Source: Podarcis filfolensis (Eukaryota). Taken from it: a stretch of 64,000 nucleotides of DNA. The position numbers were made by a program, and so were the translations under genes. The stretch lies in assembly GCA_964270895.1 (NCBI GenBank), contig OZ185443.1; one strand, given 5' to 3'. A model generated the notes under the pieces. The model was not told the origin of the DNA and searched no databases. It saw only the letters and a list, made by a program, of their open reading frames with translations. Of the stretch, positions 25,905 through 37,885 are shown piece by piece. Each line of letters begins with the position of its first letter. Within the stretch, counting starts at the first letter, position 1.

Positions 25905-26011
25905 CCGTACTTTTCCGTGCATAAGACGAGGGTTGTTTTTTACTTTAAAATAAGGTTTAAAATCTTGGGGTGTATTATACATGGGGGAGTCTTATACATG
26001 GAAAAATACGG
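25905..26011. mobile_element. Tc1/mariner MITE, 107 bp, same TIR family as 23887-24055
   Basis: ccgtacttttccgtgcataagac / gtcttatacatggaaaaatacgg, TA flanks. Confidence 0.85.
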
Positions 26012-26659
26012 TACTTAAAATATTTGTTGTTACTAGACTCAATTTAAAGACATCTTTTTTCCAGCAGATTTATTCTAACCTCCCCTTTTCCCAGAAGTTT
26101 GTTTTAGTAAAAGGAAGTTTAAGGAGTAGCTTGCATTCATGGATAAGAAGGGTGTGACAATATAAAGTGGGAAGGCTTTTCTGATTGATTAGTCTTCCTT
26201 TCAGGAAAAAAATAACTTTCCCCCAAAAAGAATTAGTAATTACATATTCAGTATTGACACTTAACATTCTGCTGACACTATTCTGCAGTCCAGTGCTTAT
26301 ATGTTTCTGAAGTTGATTTTCATATCCCTGTCTTTATAATGCAGACCATGTTGTGAGGACAAAGATTGATGGGCAGCAGAAGATTATATAGCAGCATATT
26401 AAAAGAATAAGGCAAAGTCAATGAGATAAACTAATAATGAAGGGTAAAGAACAATAGACTTACTAAATTTCCATAGTGCCTAAATGAATACAGTCGACGG
26501 TCCCTGCCTGGTGTTGCTGCTGCCACACTAAACATTTCATTTCTTACAAATGTAAAAGGAGTATTATGTGACACCTGTAACAGACCCAGTTCTGCACATC
26601 AAATCCGCTAAGTGGGCATATATGAGGTAAAGTCATATCACAAGTAAACTGATCCCAAG

Positions 26660-26872
26660 CTGTTAAGGGCTCTATATACTAATTGTAATAGTACTAATTG
26701 TGAACTTGATCCAGTAGCAAATTGGCAGCCAGTACATGGCTCCAAGCAGAGGTGTTACATGCTGATGGGGTTTCACTCCTGCATGCAATCGTGCTGCAGC
26801 ATTCTGCACTAACTGCGGCTTCCAGATCAAGCTCAAGGGATGCCCCACATAGAGCAGTAATCCAGTCTTGAA
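26660..26872 (-). mobile_element. L2 LINE ORF2 C-terminal remnant
   Basis: Minus strand SRLDYC/(shift)LYVGHPLSLIWKPQLVQNAAARLHAGVKPHQHVTPLLGAMYWLPICYWIKF resembles the L2 LQLVQNAAARL..HVTPLL..LHWLP motif. Confidence 0.85.
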
Positions 26873-29251
26873 GTATCTCGACTATCTCTTTCACAATACC
26901 TGTTGATGTAAGGATAGTGGATAAATTGGGTTCTGAGTGGGGAAGCATGACAGAACAACTAATATGTTACAGAATATACTCTTCCCCCAAAACAACAACA
27001 ACAACACAACTAGTCTGGATGCAACCTTAGTTATCACAGTGTTGGATTCTTTAGGATTTTTTTCTTCATTCTAAATTTGGTGTATGTGAACTCCTTTGAT
27101 CAATAATGCAAGTAGACATTTGTGTTTAATAACTATCAAACATCTGTGTATGGTATTGTCTCAGTCAATATGCCTACAGCTAAAGAAAGCAGAGCAAAGT
27201 TATCAGTTCAATCAACTGACGCAATGAGAGCAGAAAATTCTTCTAAAGAAAATGTTATTAAGGGGTTGTTAGAAAACTGGAAAAGATTCCTGATCCCATA
27301 AGCTACAGACACAACAATAATCCCTACCTCAAAGATTTCAGACTGAGATACCAAGTTAGTATTTGATGGTTGATTGTCTCCTGGTAGACTCCATTTTAAG
27401 TAGCCTTTCTCAGCTAAGATGAATTCAAACTTCTTTGGCGATCACTCGTAGCCAAGTAACATTGTCTTCCATAAACACGGTTTTAACAATGAGTCTGTAT
27501 GTGGCTGTGATATTTATAAATACATGACCTTTTACTAAAAGAGGAAAAAGAGGAAGAAGAGGAAGGAAGGAAGGAATTGAGAGAGAGAAAGGTTATCTGA
27601 GAATCTGTGGTCCAACAACTGGGCAGGCAGCTGAAAAAGCTTATGTGCTATCCATCATTTGGCAGGGATCACCTGTGTATGCTGTTCAGCGCTTTAAAAG
27701 ATGAAGGGATATACCCAGTCATAGACGTAGCTGGAAATGACTAATTATTCAAAACACCCATGTATTGAACTGCATTTTAAGTTAACCATGCATTTTAATT
27801 AACATGGTGCCTCTGCATATGAAACCAGACGTTTCTTAGCATGCAGGAAATGGTTTTCTGCCAGTTGCCATTCTGCTCTTGAATAATAGCAAGGTGGATG
27901 ATTCTCACTGCTTGTGCAAATTCAGCACAGTAATATTCTTTCCCATCACTGCCCCTTCCTAACAAAACTGATTTTGACTTCAGTAGGACTATGTACAATT
28001 TTTGATTTCTGATAAGTATAGCAGCTAGCAGTGGTGGCTGCTTGTATGTCACCAAAAAATCTGCCCAGAAGATAGGATTATAGGCAATCCATTATAAATA
28101 AAGTCATTGCTGTCGTCCCCATGCCAAAAAAACAACCCTACTGGAATCTTGACTTCCATTATGCATGTGCTTAAAAGAATGTGAATGAATTCATACTATA
28201 AGCTTCTTGGGTCTTTAAAGTTATTTTCTTGAAATCAAATGTAGAAAATGGAGCTTAAATGCCATCAGTTTGCTTTAAATCAAAGTTTCAGTCAAAGAAA
28301 AATGCATATAAAAGCCCTTCTTGTTTTCTGTAGACTCCTGCTATGTTTGTTTTAGAGGGAAAGTCCTAGGTAGAATTACTGAAAAGGGCATGTGAGAGGA
28401 ATAAGGAGTCTTTAAGGTCTACCAAGGGCAGAAATCCATCTTTCTCTGACAGTAATGCACCATTCTTCAGTATGTTCCTGGTTTACATTTAATTCCTAGC
28501 TGACAAGTGTCCGTTTTTCATGCCTATTCATTAGTCACCCTTGCATTAGCACTGCCTTGAAGGCATCTCACCTGCCTCTTATCACATTTCGCGCAAAATG
28601 ATAAAAGATATCCTTTAAGTTTTACCCATAACCCCCTTCCATCACAGTGAAGTCCAGCCAAAAAAATAAAATAAAATAATACAGGAGGAGATTAAGTGGC
28701 AATTTTGCACAAAGGGGAATTCCTTGTGGACTATGAATTTAAAGAGGAAATGATGTGGGGAAGTAAAGTGTGAGTAAAAATCACATAGAGGTGGAATACT
28801 TTCAGAAAGTTAAATATTGAATCCACACAGTGTTTCAGATTTCAGAAAATTATAAGGAAGCAAGGAACCTTAAGAGGAGGAGGAGAGGTCAGCACTCAGT
28901 AACATATATAATAATTTGCTGTCCTCCAGATGTTGTCAGACTGCAATTGGGGCTCATGGGAGTTGTAGTCCAATGACATCCAAAGGGCACCAGGTTGAGT
29001 AACATTGCACTACATGCTTTCCTTTCTAAACCCTCCGAGTTGGTCCCTGGTATTTTACAGTGTGATTTGATCTCCATTAATTGGGCTAAAATGAAGCCCT
29101 CCCAAAAACAGGGGGAATCCCAGCCAGTCTGGGTTAAACTGTCCTGGGTTAGGCAACTCTTAACTTTAAATATTTCTCTAGAGCTTCAAAATCATTGTAA
29201 CACTAGGGCCTTCTTCTACATTTTGACTTATCTGTTGATTCAAATGCAGTA

Positions 29252-29510
29252 CCATATTTTTCGCTCTATAAGACACAAAAGACCACAAGACGCACCTAGT
29301 TTTTGGAGGAGGAAAACAAGAAAAAAAAAATTCTGAATCTCAGAAGCCAGAACAGCAAGAGGGATCGCTGCGCAGTGAAAGCAGCAGTCCCTCTTGCTGG
29401 TCTGGCTTCTGGGATAGCTGCACAGCCTGCATTAGCTCCCTAAGACACACACAGATTTCCCCTTACTTTTTAGGAAGGAAAAAGTGAGTGTTATAGAGCA
29501 AAAAATATGG
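29252..29510. mobile_element. Tc1/mariner MITE, 259 bp, with a strong central hairpin
   Basis: TIRs ccatatttttcgctctataa / ttatagagcaaaaaatatgg, TA flanks; internal 24-bp inverted repeat at 29341-29364 / 29388-29411 (one mismatch). Confidence 0.85.
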
Positions 29511-30307
29511 TATTTCCGGAAATTTCTGAATGTTTGTCATATCAGGTAAGTTGTTTCCATGAGAATAATTTACATCTCCAAGAAGAATATAGGTTGGTGA
29601 AATACGATTGAGCTGGATATTAAGTTCCTGACTTGACTCTCTCTTTTTTTAGTATTTTAAATGAAACTTTAATTTTTGTAACTTTCTTTATTTGACTAGC
29701 TTTGAAAAGAGAGCAAAATCTTGCTGCTGTTTGAGGGATTTCAGTCACAGAGAATGGCATTCACAGAAACTCACTGTGAAATTGCCACCTGCAGCTCTGC
29801 ACTCTTAGAAGCACAGCCGCTTTTAGCTTACAGATGCTTGCTGTGCATCCAGTGCTGAGAAGGGACTTTACTTTTTCTCGTTCAACTGTAATCTGAATGT
29901 AGCAAGCCACATAAGAAGCTGTACAGCAGGAGAGTCAACAGGCTTCTGAGGAATGTATAAAATAAATAAATAAGATCTGAAGGGATAGTGCTTGTCACTC
30001 ATTTCATCCGGGGGACACACACCCAAAAGCCTTGTAAGTACACAAAGGGGCTAAGTGCACTTGAGCACTTGGAAAAACATGACAGTGTTGCAGCCTTTAG
30101 GGAAGACTTGAACTCAAGAAATGAGAAACCCATGAGACATTTGTAGTTGCACATAAACTAGTTATGTTTAAGGTTGCCATGTTCCTAAAAGTGAAAATCT
30201 GGACAAAGTTGTTGAGTTTTTTTGGAACATCTCCCAAAGTAAGTTTTTGGGCTTTGGGGGGATTTCTAAGCTGCTTTAAAACAACAACAACAAAAAATCA
30301 CCCTACT

Positions 30308-30411
30308 TGCCATACGTCCGGGTTTCCCCAGACATTTCGCCGATTTAGAAGAAATCCACCATTTTTTGGCACAAATCCTAGATATATCCAGGAAAACCTG
30401 GACGTATGGCA
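30308..30411. mobile_element. Short MITE with about 20-bp TIRs, next to a related ggttgcca-type element (about 30167-30305)
   Basis: tgccatacgtccgggtttcc (30308-30327) pairs with ggaaaacctggacgtatggca (30391-30411). Confidence 0.65.
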
Positions 30412-31588
30412 GGTCTAGCAATGTCTGATTTACCTGTACTTTCCCACATCTTTTGTATTCCCCAAAGAAGCTGGTTGGCATTTTCTTTTTTCTTTTATTT
30501 TATTTTCTTTGCATTCTTGTAGTTGCTGTGTGGAAAACAGACGGCATCGCTAACCAGCATCCGTCTGGATTAGAAATATAGTAGTGGAAACATAGCTCTA
30601 AGTACACAAAAGGAAGTAACCAACAGAATGTAAGAGCTCTGCTGCCTTGTAAACACACAATTATATCCTTCTTGAAAAGGGGGGAGTATTCTTTGCTTTG
30701 ATAGTCTCTAATGGCTGTTTTAAGGGCATTAGAGTCTATTATGTCAGGGTCTGTAGTTAAGAGTACTTTTAGTTTGTAGATCATTGACCCAGTGAAGCAT
30801 AATGGTGCCTTTTCAAGTGTTAGTGCATATCAGGTCACTATGATGGACATAAAGAGGAAATGGGAGTGGAGAGTTTGGAATCATTAGATTCTCCTGAAGG
30901 GCTGGTAGGAAAGGGGCTTCATCTGTGCTGCCTTTTTCCATTATAATGAACAGGATTTAGCTTGCTGGGAAGCAGCAAAAACAAATTATCAGTGTTACGA
31001 GTTAATGAAGCTGCCTGCAGAATTGTGCTTTCATAAACAAAACGTGTTATGAGCAGAGAGGATCATGATTTAAAAGGTTGGTGCATTAACATCAGGCCTA
31101 AATTAATGCTTCGTTGGGTACATGGGGAAAAGTAAAACCAAACTCCAGGGAACACGCTTGGATTATTATCTGTTTCTAGCACACCACCGCTTCTCTCACT
31201 GCAGTAACCTGGAATGGTTGCAGTTTATTATCTGTCCATGATCTGTTGCTGTAGCTGTGTGCTGCTGCAGCCAATACTGCATTTTTCCTTCTTGCCTGTT
31301 ATGCAGGAAACTTTTGCCCAACATGGGACTCAAGAGTCTCATGCTCTACTGACTGAGTTATCCTGAGTATTCAGTGATCAATTTGGAAACATGAAGGCAC
31401 CACCTGGATATGAACCCAGGCCCTTTCGGATGCTAAAATGGGTGCCCTCTTGGCAGAAACATGGGGGATGGGCAAAGGCATTCCCTGTAACAGTTCCCAA
31501 AATGTGGAACTCTCTCCCATAAAGGTGTGTCAGGCACCCTCATTATGGTTTCTGTCATTTGCTGAAAATGCACCCTGGTCTTTGTCAG

Positions 31589-31735
31589 ATTCAGGTAGGT
31601 AGCCATGTTGGTCTGACGCAGTCAAAATAAATTAAAAAATTAAAAAATTGTCCAGTAGTACCTTAGAGACCAACTAAGTTTGTTCTGGGTAAGAAGTGTG
31701 CATGCACACGAAAACTTATACCCAGAGCAAACTTA
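31589..31735 (-). mobile_element. Short Penelope-like insertion with an inverted pLTR piece
   Basis: Homologous to 22671-22800; 15-bp TSD cctggtctttgtcag (31574-31588, 31736-31750); 17-bp arms 31675-31691 / 31719-31735. Confidence 0.85.
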
Positions 31736-33590
31736 CCTGGTCTTTGTCAGTTATGATTTGGATGAACTATGCCTCTAAAACTTGCTGAGAATCACTGGTG
31801 GGCAGAGGGCTGTTGCACAAGCAGGTCCTGCTTGTGGACTTCCCAAAGGCATCCGGTTGGCCACTGTGAGAACAGGATGCTGGACTAGATGGGGCATACA
31901 GCTGGCTCATCTACTGTCATGCTGTTGTGTGTAGTTTTTGTGGGACCACCTCTGTTCTTCTTTGGTTTGGTTTGAATTATTTTATTGGTACCTTATGGTG
32001 AAGGACAGGTAATAAATCTTTCAAATGGATAAATAATAAAACTCTGGTGATGGGGCCATGTCCTCTGCTGAATCTCTGGGCAGCACACCATCTTAGAGAG
32101 CAGAAGGCATGTCATGTGGCGCACAAAGTGCTGCCCTCCTCAAACAAATGTTGCAGAATAACAGTGGTGGCAGCATGTTTCACATGAGCAGATGAAAAAT
32201 GTGAACATGCCTAGTACCTGCTGGAGTGCTTGACCTGGGTTGCCTGCCTGTGGGTCTGCTCACTCAGTGAACCACCTTTTCCAACAGTGCTGTCTTGTGA
32301 TGTGTTGGGACAATATGTGTTTATGAGTCTTGATGAGTCCAGGCCAGCAATAACAAAGCACCAGTGCCTCTGGGACAATGGCTTTGGAGGGCGAGAATAG
32401 ATGAGGGGACTGTCCCCAGCACCTGCCATCTCAGGCAGCTGCCTCACTCTGCCTAATGGTTGGCCCATCCCCAAGACAACAGATCACCCCTACACTGTTT
32501 TTTAATACAAGCCATGTCCCTTTGAACCCAGCAGAAAAGTGACTACAGAGCTCAGTGATTCTACTTCCCACTTGTGTTTTAAAAGTCCCATAATTTAGCA
32601 GACTAGAATAGATCAGATTGTTTATTGTCAAATATGGAAATCAATCTAACATATACGTATAAATGATGGTCAACCTTAGGTAAATGGACCAAGTAGCAAG
32701 TAAAGTACCAAACTCAACAACTAGGAATATTACTGCTATCTGTTGCAAGGTGATAATTGTATTTGGCTACTTGAAGAGTCAGGAGCAGGTGCTGAACGTC
32801 CGAAGGACTTTCTGGAATCTTTTCCCTCTCACACTAATACAATGCACTCTTGAACTTGATACTTTGTGATTTAGATGTTTCTATAATATGTAATTTTATT
32901 TCCCCTAGAAAACATTTCTGTTATAGAGAACCTAAACAGATTTTGCACTGCTTCAGCATTCCTGAGGGTTGCCAGTGGGCTCAGTTGAAAGAAGTAATCT
33001 AATGGCTAGGAGTCCTTAGGTCATCTGTTTGCTAACTGTGATGTGTGCCCATCAACCTGCACTCAGTGCATTATGGATTAATGCCAACAAAGCAAGATGG
33101 CATTAGGCCATGTCGGCAGATGATCGAGGAAGTACTATCCATGACTTCATAATCGGCTAAGAAATCATTTCCAATTTGATTCCCAAAAGAAATCAGAGAA
33201 TAAGCACTCAAATCTTCAGCTGCCCTGGAAAATAATGAATAGTATCTGTCATGGGCAAGATTACCACACACTTCATGTTATCTGCATCTATATAAAAACC
33301 GAGAGTCTGCCACACTCTGCTGTGGCCAAAAAACTGCACCTACGATCAGACAAGAAAATATTCAGTTCTAAACAATGGCTTAATTTTAAAATAACAGGTG
33401 ATGTCGGAAAGCAGTTATAACTGTCAACCTGAGATGGTTCCTCAGTCCCCCATGGCCTTACCATCTACTTTCTCCCACATACATGGTAACTGCCATTCAT
33501 TCCTGCAGAGGAAAATAAAATACTTGCACACAGCAGTGAGGGCAAAACATGTCTTCCATCATTGGCATTGTATAGTCCAGCTCTCAATAA

Positions 33591-33911
<321 letters not shown>

Positions 33912-35813
33912 TAATCTGTGGCTAATGGTGCAGTGAATTAGGCGATGGCATGATAAATGGGAGGTAATGGAGATCTAACTGCCTGCTGCTGGTAGAATAG
34001 ATTGATTGGGAACTGATTAATGACTTCAGAGTCAATTAGAATGCCCCACTAGGCAGAGCTACAGGCAGTTTAGTTTCATTCTTCTGCTCCCTTTTCAAGA
34101 AACAAGAACACAGCAAAATTCTATCTGTTATCTCTAAGGCAAACACTGGGAAGAATTTATGAATGCATCACTGTTATCTCCCACCCAGCCATCCCTATCC
34201 TTTTCAACATGCTACTATTGTGACAACGGGCTTTCACATACATTATTAAAAACTTTTTTATATAAATGCTGTATTTTGTTTTACTACTACACTCGTACAT
34301 ATGGCAAGTCATTCAAGCTGCATGACTATAAGAATTCACATGCTGTGATCTGATAGGAAGCTAGAAGAAAGGAAGACCATAATCCATCTTTTAATGTTCC
34401 ATGTCTGTTTTACTTAATAGCAATTAAAAACTCATGGGTGAGTATTCTTTTATCTTCCTTGTGGAAGTGACCCTACCGAGAAGAGGAAAAAAGAGTCAGC
34501 TTTCAGCATGGGGACGCCATCTGTGAAGAATAACCCCCTAAGTCTGGTAGTTGTGCTGATTATGGAAATGTACTGTTCCTTCTAGTTGCTGATAGTTTAA
34601 AATAAGCATTCTCCTCCTCTTCTAAGTACATAACGAGTTCCTATTTAAGCTCATAATACAAGCTGCACAGGCCACTTCTATTATTGTTGTGTTCCACTGG
34701 ATCACCAAGCAGCTGCCATCTCTTTGGGAGAGTTTATTATGTTTAATTCACCTAGTTCAGAATGTGGCCCTTATTTTTCCCATCTGCCAAATTAGAAGTC
34801 TTGCCAACTTGCTAAAAGACAAGTAAGGATTGTTTAGTATGAAGCTGCTTGGCATGTGCTTTGATGGTTGATTTCTTGTGAGGCTCTACATGGTACCTGA
34901 GCCTTACTCTGAAACTACACATCACAGTTCCAGCAAAACTGTGGGCAAGCAACTGAATAAAATAATATATGATTAATTCTGTTTTACTCCCGTATTTTCT
35001 TTCTTTGCTTTCTTATTTCCTGGGGCAGGAGAAGGAGGAGGAATAATAATTCAGTGGAAAGATGAGCTGACTTCTAATAAGCCAGCTTTGCAGTGGCCAT
35101 GGTGTACTAATCAGCTGATATTCCTTTGCCTCCGAACATCCCACCAACCAGCTGTTGCAGACAACAGAATCTGCAACAGGGCATGTCATATTGCAGATGC
35201 ATGGTGGTACTTAGGGACTTCATTACCTTTGCAAGGAGCTGAGATTACTCATGACTGGTAGATTGTCTGCGTGCAGTATTACATGCATAACACAGATCTG
35301 TACCTCCCAATATCTTAATAGCTAGGAGCAGGAAGTCTGATTGCGTGCCAGAGATAGAGGGAAAAACAGCATGATGAGTAGACAGGAAGCTTTCACTTTT
35401 GTTGTGCATAGCCTGCCAAGAAATATTATCGTCTTTTTCCAGAAAAAGAGGAAAAAATAGTGCCATAAATTGTTGTTTTTTTTAATTATTTAAAAGATTG
35501 GAAAAGAAAGATGACACTCCAAATATAGAAAGTACCAAACATTTTTTACAAATGCTATAAGCTTCTAAGCACACCAGCTGACAGTGCAGGAAGCATTTTG
35601 ATTTAACAACATATGAAATGGGTAGCAGTATTTCTTACTGTTTGTTTTCTCTCGACGGAGGTGATGAGAAGAACCTGTGGCCCTCCAGTTGTTGCTAGAC
35701 TACAACTCCCATAATCCCTGACCATTGACAATGATGGCCAGGAGTTGAAGTCTAACATGTAGAAGGCCAGAAATTCCCCATGCCTGCTCTAGACCTAATC
35801 ACATTCCCATATA

Positions 35814-36020
35814 GAAGAAGAAGAAGAGTTTAGATTTGATATCCCGCCTTTCACTCACCTTAAGGAGTCTCAAAGTGACTACCAATCTCCTTAAGAGACT
35901 TCAGAGAAGTGGGACTAGCCCAAAGTCACCCAGCAGCTGCATGTGGCGGAGCAGGGACACAAACCTGGTTCACCAGATTACGAGTCTACTGCTCTTAACC
36001 ACTACACCACACTGGCTCTC
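35814..36020 (-). mobile_element. Squam3-like tRNA SINE with an internal deletion of about 46 bp
   Basis: Reverse complement aligns by eye with 45371-45614 but lacks cagcctcactcacc...gaggaaggga; (TCT)n tail. Confidence 0.85.
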
Positions 36021-36224
36021 TATAATATGAAAGGTCACAATTTTTCAATCAATGAGACCCTTCTTTGATGTGCCTCTTCCAAAACACACTTTTTAAAAAG
36101 GTAATTTATTCATTGACATAGTTTGTCAAATTTTCATAGCTATTCCACTCCTGAGGATAGAGAGGAAAAACTCCCCATAAGAAGTATTGAGGATATGTGC
36201 GGCAAATGACTAACCTGGTTTATT

Positions 36225-36720
36225 TATTAATTTATTAAATTTATATAGTGCCTTTTATCACAAAGGTTCACAGGGTGGCTCACAGAATAAAACACAAGAT
36301 ATAAACACAAGTACAGTGGTACCTCGAGTTACAGATGCTTCAGGTTACAGACGCTTCAGGTTACAGACTCCTTTAACCCAGAAATAGTACCTCGGGTTAA
36401 GAACTTTCCTTTAGGATGAGAACAGAAATCGTGCAGCGCAGTAGGAGGCCCCATTAGTTAAAGTAGTACCTCAGGTTAAGAACAGTTTCAGGTTAAGAAC
36501 AGACTTCCAGAATGAATTAAGTTCTTAACCCAAGGTACCACTGTAAACGATTAATACAAAAACAACAAAACAATACTCCCCTTCCCACAGAAATATTTGA
36601 AAAGCTGTAGAATATTACTCAGCCAGAGGCCTGGTTGAAGAAGAATATTTTTGCCGGGTGCCTAATATGTACTGAAAGTGCCAGGTGAACCTCCCTGGAA
36701 AGAGCATTCCACAAAGGTGG
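36225..36720 (-). mobile_element. L2 3' fragment interrupted by a Tc1/mariner MITE
   Basis: Tail tttatttattaatttattaaatttatatagtgcc...cagggtggctcacag resumes after the MITE as agaggcctggttgaagaagaatatttttgccgggtgcc...gagcattccacaaa. Confidence 0.65.
36314..36543. mobile_element. Tigger/pogo-like MITE, 230 bp
   Basis: TA|cagtggtacctcgagtta ... taacccaaggtaccactg|TA; internal gtacctc(g/a)ggttaagaac sub-repeats. Confidence 0.9.
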
Positions 36721-37739
36721 ACAAAGAGCCCCAAAAGGAGCACGACATGACGTGTCCCACCAGAGGTACTACCTGTCCACTAACACCCCACACCCCCTGC
36801 AATGCATGAAGGGGAAGGGAATAATAATTAGTTTGAGGCAGGGTTCATCCAGGAACACATGAAGTGGTAAACAGGAGGACAGCACCTCTGAGCATGTACA
36901 GACTGCATTTCTGTCACCATTTAGTAAACAAAGTCTGCCCTAGCTGCAGAATCTGGGATGAGTTGAAGAAGGCTTCCAGGTTGGAAAACATTCTTTCTAC
37001 GAAAGCCCTGAGCCTTCCCATCATGTCTCATAAAAATGCATCACAGACTGAACTCTAGAATGATCATCCCCAGAGCTGGCCTGTTAATAGCTGCCGTTTT
37101 TCCAGACCATGCAACATATTAATTCACTTTGTCAAGCAGAAGAGATTGATGTCTGCAAGCTAATTGTCTGTTAAACCTATTTGTACTGCAGTCGGGGCAG
37201 ACACCAATTAACACTTGGTGGGTCCCAGAGTCATCTGTGCAGTAGCTATTCTGAATAATTCTGTTAATGCCTTCTGCCCACCTACCTCCCTCCACCTTAG
37301 CTTGCCTTCCGACTTTTCTTTTTCTTTTTTCTTTTCTTGCTTGTTTTTGAAGCCAGGAGGGGGAGATCAAACACCCAGATTGGAGATTAGCCTAATAGAG
37401 CTTCTGTATAGACTCCTTCCAATGCTATTAAAGGAACAAAGGACCAAACACAAATGAGCATGAATACCTTAATGTGGCGTTTTACTGCTGCCACTAGCTG
37501 TAACTGGCGAGATAAAGTGATGAAAGATAACTGGGTTGGTTGAAGGATTACATGATTATTTTAATTTTGGAGATGAATGCACGCTTTGTTTAAGGCTATA
37601 CTCATTTGCTTGAAAGACTTTTATTATAATAGCATAGTTAACAGAGTAAGAAGTAGCTGTGGGAAGTCAGACAACTAGCTATGCCCCTGACTTCAGAAGT
37701 CAAGCCAGATAATGTATTCAACACAGTCACGTGTTACTA

Positions 37740-37885
37740 GTTGGTCTTATTTTATGGAAGGTGGTGGACCCTCCTTCAATGTAGGTTTTTAAGCAGAGCT
37801 TGGATGGCCATCTGCCAGTGATGGTTTAGTTGTGATTCCTGCATTGCAGGGGGTTGGAGTGGATGATCCTTGGGGTCCCTTATAA
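37740..37885 (+). mobile_element. CR1 3' end
   Basis: aggtttttaagcagagcttggatggccatctg...cctgcattgcagggggttggagtggatgatccttggggtccc plus the ataattct tail repeat. Confidence 0.8.

Noticed and set aside
30500-30784. Minus ORF containing PDIIDSNAL, similar to UNC5C cytoplasmic SDIIDSSAL
   Set aside because: Wrong strand and position, with no flanking similarity; treated as a chance match.
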